This document shows positions 1 to 8,790 of a stretch of DNA of 46,706 nucleotides, piece after piece. The notes beneath the pieces were generated by a model. The model had not been told where the DNA came from. It saw nothing but the letters and a program-made list of their open reading frames with translations, and ran no database searches. The stretch covers positions 1 through 46,706 of the forward strand of contig KZ538802.1 in NCBI GenBank assembly GCA_000934665.2, in the 5' to 3' direction. The first letter of the stretch is position 1, and every line of letters begins with the position of its first letter. The position numbers were made by a program, and so were the translations under genes. Origin of the DNA: Catajapyx aquilonaris. Lineage: Eukaryota.

Positions 1-92
1 GTTTCCGGACACGGTTTCCTATGTCAAAAATACTTGTCTTGGTCCCCTCTATTACCCCTGCAAGTCTTTGCAGAGTTACAATAGACACCCTG
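1..92 (-). mobile_element. Tc1/mariner-type element end, copy 1 (truncated by window edge)
   Basis: Minus strand begins TA|CAGGGTGTC. It shares a 24-nt exact block GTCTTGGTCCCCTCTATTACCCCT (36-59) and TTTCCGGACA with the copy at 360-451. Confidence 0.55.
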
Positions 93-151
93 TATAATAG
101 CAGAACTCTTTGGGTGTATCATGTCGTCGTAAGTAAACAACAACACGATAC

Positions 152-251
152 GCCATAACCTGGCAACAACAGAACCACTGATGACTATCCGCGCGTCTCC
201 TAGGAGGCAGACTTTAGCTGCTAGACGACTCTGTTGTTGCCACGTTATGGC
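152..251. repeat. Short inverted repeat (22-bp arms, 56-nt spacer), probable mini-MITE
   Basis: GCCATAACCTGGCAACAACAGA (152-173) matches the reverse complement of 230-251 at 21/22. Confidence 0.7.
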
Positions 252-359
252 ACATCTCATCGTTGCTTACAATCCGAGCTCCGTCTGTCAACAAAACAGT
301 CCGCTCGACTAGCGCCTGAGCGCACCCGTTCCTTGTCTATGAACCCCCTCTAGATGGCA

Positions 360-451
360 TTTCCGGACATGGGTTCCTATATGAAATATGTTGGTCTTGG
401 TCCCCTCTATTACCCCTAGAAGTTTCTAAAGATAGCTCGGAAACACCCTGG
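360..451 (-). mobile_element. Tc1/mariner-type element end, copy 2
   Basis: Minus strand begins TA(C)CAGGGTGTTTC. It is a diverged duplicate of 1-92 (exact block at 394-417), and the terminus matches the MITE at 26078. Confidence 0.55.
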
Positions 452-565
452 TATAACAGACTAAGACTTAAATTCAGGCCCGGGCTTTCCAATTCACGCA
501 AATATTCTGAGGCATCCAAAGGTCCCTGACCGAGTCTGGGCTGCATCCCAGTAATTATGTACATC

Positions 566-959
566 GGGTTGGTTCATGTGCACTAGGAACAATGCGATAT
601 GCGGTTTAATACTACAGAAAGTAAACTTTCAACAATCATTGGTAGTGCCTTTACCCAAAAATGTGACCTTCGAATGGAATATTTACTTTTAACTGTCAAT
701 GATGGAGCAGTAACGTAACAACTCCACCCTAAACGACCGTAAAAGTACCTTGATTCATGAAAATAATTAAAAATATATTTGGGACCTCTGATTCATAACA
801 CAGGAACTACAAAATGTCGCCTTCAAACCGCACATGATTACAATCGCGGTTTATTAGACTTGAAAATTGAGTCGTTCAGCTAAAATAGGGAGAACAGTAA
901 CTTGACCAAATTCCAGCGAACTGAACGCATATTGTTCCTCGTGCACGTGAACCAAGTCC
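566..959. mobile_element. MITE with ~25-bp terminal inverted repeats (PIF/Harbinger-like termini)
   Basis: TTGGTTCATGTGCACTAGGAACAAT (569-593) matches the reverse complement of 931-955 at 23/25. The interior is AT-rich and non-coding; no clear TSD. Confidence 0.6.
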
Positions 960-1310
960 GGCCAAGTCATCTCACCTAGCTTATAGCCTCGAAGAAAGGC
1001 TTGGCGTCCACCACGATCTCACGGCTTTGTACGGCGGAGTGGACAATGCTAGGCGCCCAGACGCTATCTCACAGGTTTTTTCGGCGCGTTTTTTACGAGT
1101 GCATTTTTGAGGGGGATATTAATTGACTGGTGAGATGATACATGCCTATGTGTGCTTTATATGTCTATTGTACGGGCGTATAAATAGTGTTACATAGAAA
1201 CAGGCACAAAATCCACTCAGCCGTTAGCCGCTATTTATATTCTGCGCCAATGAAAAATTACGGTAGAATTTTTTTTGAGCAGTTCCGCAACATATGCCTT
1301 CAATTAATAC

Positions 1311-1460
1311 CTCCTCCGGTGGTCCTTGGTCCTGGTAGCCTCCCCGAAATCCTCCTCCGCCGCCACCTCTCCATCCACCACCTCCTCCCCTTCCGCCCCT
1401 GAAGCCGCCGCCGCCTCCGCCTCTGCCTCCCCGGAATCCACCTCCGCCTCGGAATGACAT
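1311..1460 (-). CDS. GAR1: H/ACA ribonucleoprotein complex subunit 1 (GAR1), first coding exon: N-terminal Gly/Arg-rich domain
   Basis: Minus strand reads MSFRGGGGFRGGRGGGGGGFRGGRGGGGGWRGGGGGGFRGGYQDQGPPEE(V), the typical GAR1 N-terminus (MSFRGG...RGG repeats...DQGPPE). It is preceded by the acceptor ttttcag (exon starts ~1476). The 3' boundary is uncertain: nearest donor is GAG|GTATTA after 1311. Downstream GAR1 exons were not found in 1-1310. Confidence 0.9.
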
Positions 1461-1825
1461 CTCAGCCTAAATCAATCTGAAAACTGAAAACAATTAACCC
1501 GGTGAAATCAATCCTTACTTCGGGGAAGTTGGGAGGTATGTCTGACATACAGTAGTCTACCGGCTGTCTACGAATAATACAAATTAATAGGAAGTCCCAT
1601 AATTCCTATTGTCTACGAAGCATGCACGAGTATGACCAACAAGAACATGTCATGATATGTAAAAACTTGGCAGACACTTTCTGTGACTTTCATCTCAAGT
1701 GTACTGCAATCTTGCATTTAGACCGCCTGCAATGTACTTATAACTGTGAACAAATCATTTTACCCAACATGCGAGTCTATTTTCCCATCCTGACCACTTA
1801 TGCAGACAAAACGGCCCATACAAAC

Positions 1826-1910
1826 CTGGAATTTGGCTACAAAATTCAGCAAAAGCAAACAAACGGCGTGGATTTCACATCAACACAACGGACGCCGCCA
1901 TTTTGAAAAC
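1826..1910 (-). other. GAR1: Putative non-coding first exon of GAR1
   Basis: Minus-strand donor CCAG|GTTTGT at 1826/1825 and a YY1-type element CAAAATGGCGGCG (plus 1892-1904) next to the promoter motifs. It would splice to the acceptor at 1477. The TSS is approximate. Confidence 0.5.
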
Positions 1911-2340
1911 GCCGGGTGCTATTTGGTCCAGTTTGTAAACTAACACGCATGCGCATCGCCGAATCTCGCATGTTGATTGGCTGAAACTGCAACATGGCGC
2001 CTGCGACTAGTTTTTGTAAATCGGTGCAAGCTAAAAAATGGAACGTCAACTGACTATGCCAGTACGCATGCGCTTAATTTAAACAGGATTAAATTACTTG
2101 CCGTATATACATTGTTGTACATAGTTGCTAGTTTGTGGATATGCATAATGGTGTAGTACCGCAATAGTAGTAATTAGTAATACAATTAATTGCATATTTG
2201 GGTGTCATATTCAAATGTGCGCATGCGTACTGGTTTGTGTTGCAAAACTTGGGAAAACTTTGTAAGAAGTCCGCATGTGCAAACTTTTTTCGCTTTTTTT
2301 CGCGAAAAACTAGTTGTTTTCTAACTTTTCTTGTGTTGCG
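1890..2340. promoter_or_regulatory. Bidirectional housekeeping-type promoter shared by GAR1 and the RAPGEF2/6 gene
   Basis: NRF1/Ewg-type CGCATGCG motifs at 1945-1954, 2064-2073 and 2219-2228. YY1-type motifs at 1892-1904 and 1991-1999, and ATTGG (CCAAT box) at ~1976. The region lies between two divergently oriented first exons. Confidence 0.65.
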
Positions 2341-2349
2341 TACTTTTAA

Positions 2350-2621
2350 ACCGAGTTGTAATTAAGCCCGATCGTATTACCCTCTGGCGTCTTACTTCCA
2401 AACCACGGTTGAATAGACCCCGAGAGTAAAGGGACGCCGGTTTTACGAGTTTAGTTGCTCTCGCGTTGTGCGGCGGGACTGGCTGGGGTCGCGGGACAGA
2501 GAAGAAGGAAAGAGGAGGGGGTGAAAAAAAAAAACTGTTGTGGGCAGCTGCTCTTGTAGCTTTTGTTGCAGTGCTTTGGACGCCTGGGACTCTAAGGGTG
2601 GTGTTGGCCCCTGGGCTGAAG
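2350..2621 (+). other. Putative non-coding first exon of the RAPGEF2/6 gene
   Basis: ATG-free, GC-richer segment just downstream of the promoter, ending in a consensus donor AAG|GTGAGT (2621/2622). The start is approximate. An internal acceptor ttttgttgcag (2561-2571) could define a shorter exon. Linkage to the exon at 18911 is inferred. Confidence 0.5.
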
Positions 2622-2839
2622 GTGAGTTGTCACCCACTCACCCCTCCAAAAAAACTTGGAAAGTTTGTGGCCTTGCATGTGGTTTGGAGAAGAAGAAACA
2701 AAACAAAAAAAAAAGATATGGCTGGAAATGGAACGTTTCTTGTTTTTTTTAAGGGAACGACCTCAGGTAGAGGGGCTGATATTGGGCCCGTTTTAGCACG
2801 CAGAAACGCAGAAAATATTAATGCTGCATTTACAGTTAA

Positions 2840-3860
2840 CAAGGTTGCCATGGAAAAACACGGCTGTCTGTTTGTTTGTCCAGGTTTAAAACACGGACGG
2901 ACAAACAGGCGGGCAGACTTTGCCTTTTGTGGGTTTTTCACATTGGCTGCTTGTTAGCAGCAGCTGCTAGTGACTTGAACGCAAGGCTCATGTCTTGGCA
3001 ATTGCTTTTAACAAGTTGCCATGGAAACCAAAACATGGACAAACAAACAAACAAGCTTTATTGGCATGTGTCTAGCTATTTGTGGGTTGACATCATTATG
3101 GCTACCTTTTAGGAGCTGCTGCTAGTGACTTTAATGCAAGGCTGATGCCTTGGCAATTGGATTAATCATAGAAGCTAAAACCTGGACAAACAAGCGAACA
3201 AACTTTGGCATTTGTCTAGCTATTATTTTGTGGGTTGACATCATTATGGCTACCTTTTAGGAGCTGCTGCTAGTGACTTTAATGCAAGGCTGATGCCTTG
3301 GCAATTGGATTAATCATAGAAGCTAAAACCTGGACAAACAAGCGAACAAACTTTGGCATTTGTCTAGCTATTATTTTGTGGGTTGACATCATTATGGCTA
3401 CCTTTTAGTAGCTGCTACTAGTGACTTTAATGCAAGGCTTATGTCTTGATTGGCAATTGCATTAAACAGGTTGCCATGTGGAACCCAAAACCTGGACAAA
3501 CTTTGGCATTTGCTTCTATTATTTTGTGGGTTGACAAGGCTACTTTTTAGGAGCTGATACTAGTGACTTAGCAATTGCATTAAACAGGTTGCCATGTGGA
3601 AACCAAAACCTGGACAAACAAACAAACGGACAAACTTTACCTATTGTCTCTATTTGTGGGATTTTACACCGGCTGCTTGTGAGCAGCCGCTACGTATAGT
3701 GACTTTAACGCAAGGCTGATGTCTTCGCAAATGCACTAAATAGGTTGCCATGGAAACCAAGTCCTGGACAAACAAACAAACAAACGTTGGAATTTTGTCT
3801 CTATTTGTGGGGGTTGACATGGCTGCTTGTTAGTAGCTGCTACTAGTGATCTTGACAAAT
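2840..3860. repeat. Tandem array of ~130-153-bp units (~7 copies), possibly Helentron/HINE-derived
   Basis: The anchor TTTGTGGG recurs at 2926, 3079, 3227, 3375, 3523, 3653 and 3804. Units share GCTGCTAGTGACTT, GCAAGGCT and AAACCTGGACAAAC. Units 3079-3226 and 3227-3374 are nearly identical. Confidence 0.9.
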
Positions 3861-6800
3861 GAGGTTGCTGTAACATTATGCGGATGAGGCTGGTGGTGGC
3901 ATGAAATTACTGTTAACTATAAAACCTGGAGCGTCTTAATGACATGCAGGTGAACTTGCTTGATTATGCGGTTGTGCCGGGTTGATTCAAGCAGTAAATT
4001 GTCGTTCAGAAAGTATTGACAGTGTGTTTACTGGTGAAGTTGGGGCCAAGTAGGAAGAACTTTTTTAATGTTATGTCCAGCTGTAAAACTCATGCAGTCA
4101 ACGTTAACTGCCTCAACTTCTGCGGTTGCTCAACTCTTTTACAATGTCACGACTGATTTCCCCAGCAAGTTTTCCAGTTATGTAAAGTTTGACTCTTTTG
4201 TCAGGGTCGTGCTTCCACTTTCGGTTGACATTATGGAATAATCTGGACTTTGGTTGTGTGCAGAGTTTTACATCATTGAAGTATATGTTCTTGGTTCATT
4301 TTAATAGTGAACTCTCCTGGCCACTTGTTGGCTGAGTTAAAACAACTTCAGTGGTAAATATGTGAGTCAATGCGACTTGTGAACCCAAATATTTACATAA
4401 CAGGTGCCATTATCACATTATATCAAGTAATATATGGTAATAGTTCAGATAGGGCTAATCATCCAAAGTTGTTTTCATGTACGTTATCTATAGTGAAGTG
4501 TGCCAGATTTTATGGGAATGAGTCAAATGTGTACAACAGATAACTATGATGTCGATGAAATGTGTATTTTTGGCACATTTTTGCAAAATGTCTGTGCGCA
4601 TTTTTCAGGCTCAGCTTTTGCTGTGAGGGTTGTTTATTTCGAGCAAAGTTACTTCCCTAGCTTTACTTGATTTTTGCATGGCGCATGCAACTGTAATGCG
4701 TAGTGTGACACTGCAGGATTGTACAGTGCATGTCACCTGTTTCTTTTTTTTCGGTTATGAGTTTGTTCAGATTGTTCATGCGAATGCAGAAAAAAAGTAA
4801 AAGCCGCAAAATGACATTGCAGTGGATTCGGTGCTGTTTGCACACACGTGTGCGAAATGCAACATTTTTATAGTCCGTTTTCCAACCAGTGCAATGCTTG
4901 ATTCTGGTTTCATAGACACGTGTTAGATAAACACGGTAATTCGCATTACTAATAACAGGGTTGCAAATAATGTGTAATAAATGAGAAAATAATACAGCAG
5001 TACCTGCAGAATTTGCATGCAGTTAATTAGCTCTAAATATATCATGGAAATATGAAATAATCCCTTAATCGTGTTGTGAGATTAATTTTATTATGGGAAT
5101 ATGTTGATCCTATACGTGGAGTGATAGATTATGTGAAATCGTTTGCCTCTCCTTAAACATATTCAAAATCTGAGCACAGAGGCTAAAATAAATAAATGTC
5201 ATCATGTGGCATGCGGAATTTTTGTTCATGTATAATTATACGCCGATGTCATATTACAATATTTCATTAATATTTATGAAAAATTACATACTTCGAAAAC
5301 TTATTCAAGTGTTTTATTGTGATAATTGCATTTATCGTTATTTCAAGAGGTGGAAGTATGATTAATTTATAGCTGCAGTCTAACAGGTTAGAAAGCGATC
5401 CTCATAATTCCAGATGAACCCCAACGGATGCTTCACAAACAAACTCTGAAACATTTTGCTAATACGTACCTAATTTTTTTTAGCGAGTTCTGTTAATTTT
5501 GCGTTTTGAACTCCACTGGGAAATCCTAGTGGCTTTTTCAACATGTACAATCACCCGATGGGGAAACAACTTTCGACCTTTTTTTGTACCAATATTTAAG
5601 CTTCATTTACATCCAGGGATAATAATGTTGAAGCACTTGTTTGAATATTTGAAGCGACGCTGTAACTTTTCAATTATTTTTTTTATCTCTCTCCTCCGCT
5701 CCGTCGCAAATAATTCGTCTCACCCTAGGCCATATAGCGCCATGTTTGATATCAGCATGCAGATCTAATCTAAATGAGCCACTCTGCCGTAATCAATTCA
5801 AGCTTATCCCAAAGTCAATCTTGCCAATTGAATTGTATCGGGACTAAGCAACGCCGCGTGTTTGTGTGCAGCTTGCTTTTAATGGGAACTTTTAGGAGGG
5901 GTTGGAGGAGACTTGGGGAGAGGCCACCCTCTTGCCTGAAAAAAAAAAGTGCCAACTCCAGGCCTTATATTGGAAAGAACCGAGATGCTGCAGGGAAAAG
6001 GCAAGAGAGGGATGAAGGGGGAAAAAAAAGAAGGGAAATGGATGAGAAGGGGGAGCAGAAACTGGAGTGTCTTCCCCCAGAAATTCCAGAGGGAGAGAAT
6101 TTTATACACACTATTCGTCTCATCCGAAAGCTTCAATTACGGGAAAACCACAGGAAAAAAACACAAGCGGAAAGATTCAGTCTGGCAACGTTACGGACCG
6201 TGACAGTGGCTGTTAACATGTTTTTCTCCCGAACCCTTCAATTTAAAAAATAATAAGTTCCAGTCATCTTTGCGAGTTGGTTAGGATCGAGAGAGTGTAT
6301 TGCAACAATGGGGGTTTATTTTTGATGGGTTCCGGTCCCCACCTCTTCTCGATCGAGCCTATAGAGTGGTTGAGGGTGGAGATTCATAAGCTGCGTGTAA
6401 AATATTCATCCATGTGTCTCATAGCTCTTCTCTCTCTCTCTTCCCCCAGTGCAATGGATTCCTCTGACGCTTACTAACAAAAGGCAAGGTTTGGAGGGAA
6501 GAAGGGTGGGAGGGGAGGCGGATGATTATTTTATGCCCGAACTTCTCCGTCCCCCAGCTTCTTGTTTAATGCACGAATTTCGAGCCACTCTTTTTTTTTG
6601 TACAGAGGGAGATCCCTGCTTGAATATACATTGATTCAGTAACATGGACCCGAATTAAGGCACTAGCACATACTATAAGTATACAAAAAATATATTATAT
6701 ATCATGTCGGTTCATAAATGTTAGAAAGTGCTATTAGGAGGCGTCGTTTTAAATGGGAGTAAAGAAGCACGTGAGAGCAAAGCCTTTTGACCTCTCTGGA

Positions 6801-7162
6801 CCAGAAGCAGGAAGCTCCATTGTTTTGGTTTAGTAAAAGGGGTCGTTCCCTAAAAGGAAAAGGCGAGAGACAATGCTATGGAGACGGGACACACTTGGTG
6901 GCAGCGGGGGATTCCTCTCCTTTTTTACACCAATCAGCACGCTGTTTCACCACAACTGTCGCTATAGTACTGCACTATTTATGGCAAGAAATAGAGAAAA
7001 ATAGTGTAAAGAATGGCAATTATTTCACAATCTTTAGAGGCTGCATGATTTATTGCCGCTGTAATGAGACAGGTTTAATCCGATTTTGAGTAATGATTGC
7101 AGTGGTGATGAAACTTTCAAAAATGTGAGCATGGATTTATTCGTTTATTCGTCTGCAATTGA

Positions 7163-7353
7163 AGGGCTCTCGGCAATAATCAGGTATGTGCTCTGACGAC
7201 TTTTTTTCCAGAGTTTTAAAGCGAAAAGCCTATAAACCAGGTAAGTTCACATACATGGATGTGGACTTACGTCGTACCTGATTTACAGGCTTTTCGCTTT
7301 AAAACTCTGGAAAAAGTCATAAGTGCACATACCTGGTTATTGCAGAGAGCCCT
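7163..7353. mobile_element. Palindromic MITE, PIF/Harbinger-like
   Basis: Whole-length foldback AGGGCTCTC...GAGAGCCCT with arms of ~85 bp. A 3-bp direct repeat TGA flanks both sides (7160-7162, 7354-7356). Confidence 0.8.
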
Positions 7354-7534
7354 TGAATTGCTGGCATTGAAGTCACTGCAGTGCACTGCTAAAAGGTTGG
7401 TTCACACCAGGCGATATATTCTGTTTTGTAATGCCAACGACAACGACCCAAAGACAATCTATGACGCAGTGTGAATTCAGGCCGGAAAGTGAATGATCTT
7501 CTTACACTTACTCTGTATACGTACGGTAATCTTT

Positions 7535-7609
7535 GGGTGGAATTTTCCTCCTACTGCTAGTTACTGTTAAGTTAGCAGTAACTTAGTGGATAGGACGAAA
7601 ATTCCACCC
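7535..7609. repeat. 75-nt hairpin (mini foldback element or pre-miRNA-like)
   Basis: GGGTGGAATTTTC...GAAAATTCCACCC forms a perfect 13-bp outer stem, and pairing continues to a minimal loop. TTT lies on both flanks. Confidence 0.75.
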
Positions 7610-7919
7610 TTTGTTTCTATCGAATTTGGCTATTTTTAGTAACAAGGGGTAATACTATAGCAAGTGGTTTTTTTTCTCCCCCCGCCCCTGGCAGGGTTAT
7701 TAGGAAACCTCGATTTTGGCTAATTTGCAGGATAGCACGTCCTGTGGAAGTTATCGATAGGATCTTGGCAGCCATTCCCGAGGGGGGGGATTGGCCTTGA
7801 CAAATGGGAATTTGTTGAAGGCGGCTTGGCGTAGAGTAGGCGAGTCGAGTACTTTTTTTTTTCTGTGTGAGTGAGCGTGTGTGTGCGCGGCCCGACTCCT
7901 CTCTATTCGTCGTTTGGCA

Positions 7920-8790
7920 GTGTTGAGAGTGCAGCAAGGCGTGAATAAAGGTATCTTTGGCAAGGTCAAGTACCTCCGCCTTGTATCCTCCTGACTGGAA
8001 GAAACAAATGGGGAGGATCTGCCGAAGCCGCGGGCCACTCTCCATCTCATTTCCACCTTCAGCATGCTGTGTATCCCCCAAAGGCCATCCCCTATACGTG
8101 TTATCCGAAAGGAAAGTCGTAGGTCCAAGGACTTGCATAAGATTGGGAGGAAGGAAATCAGATGTTTCCGGAGCCATTGCTCCGGAACGCCCTACTTCTC
8201 TCCGGAGGTATTGTTAGGGAGACTGAAAGAGTGGTTAGTAGGGGATTATTGGAGCCAATTTCGGGTCTTTTGAGGGGAGGACAGGTGTAAAGGGTAGGCT
8301 GCTTCCGGTTTGCGACCCACCTGATGGGCGTCGCGAATAATGAGGCCAACATGGGGCTCCTCCCGAAATCTTATTTTCGGAATGAGAAAAGGGCATGGTT
8401 GCCTTATGAAGTTGTAGCCCACATCTTGATGCTGACAGGTACCCCCAAAATGAGTCATCTGATTGTGCATCAGTTGCAACCTGCTTCAATAACTTTGTGA
8501 TTAAATTTAGGAAGATTTGGACTACTGGGCTCAAAGTTTTCCGAAGTTGCCAAACCGCTGCTTCCGGCCAAAAAGATCAGCCAAATTTTCTTATTCAGAA
8601 TGAGGCGATGCTATTTGAAATGCACGCAATAGTAGATGTCTATCCCATGCCGTCTTTTCTGTCAGTTAGTTCCCAACAAATGACACCTTGCGCCCGTTCT
8701 GTACTTACATTAATTAGTAAAAGCCTACCTCTTTTCTGGGGGTACCGCTTTGGGGTTAGAGCCGTCAGATTAGCGGCGTGGTTCCCTCGT
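7920..8790 (+). pseudogene. Degenerate Ser/Thr protein kinase-like coding relic
   Basis: Collinear kinase-like motifs across a stop and two frameshifts: NKGIFGKVKYL (7944-7976), CSGTPYFSPEVLLG-x8-DYWS (8178-8255; subdomains VIII-IX), YEVVAHILMLTGTP (8405-8446; X-like) and LISKSLPLFWGYRFGVRAVRLAAWF (8710-8784; XI-like spacing). No intact HRD or DFG. Confidence 0.45.

Noticed and set aside
178..230. Hammerhead ribozyme (CTGATGA inside the 152-251 hairpin); also CTGATGA at ~14368 and 25361
   Set aside because: No GAAA following a stem II, so the catalytic core cannot be assembled.
331..451. Duplicated intronic H/ACA snoRNAs in GAR1 (minus strand has AGACCA and a terminal ACA)
   Set aside because: Both copies begin with TA-CAGGGTG, the same terminus as the mariner-type MITE at 26078, and the hairpins are poor. 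A transposon end is the simpler explanation; snoReport or Rfam could settle it.
2340..2620. Telomerase RNA or another ncRNA next to GAR1
   Set aside because: No CUAACCCU/CUAACCU-type template or H/ACA domain was seen, and the segment ends in a consensus splice donor, so it fits a 5' UTR exon.
2840..3860. CRISPR-like array
   Set aside because: Whole ~148-bp units are homologous with no unique spacers, the context is eukaryotic, and there are no cas genes.
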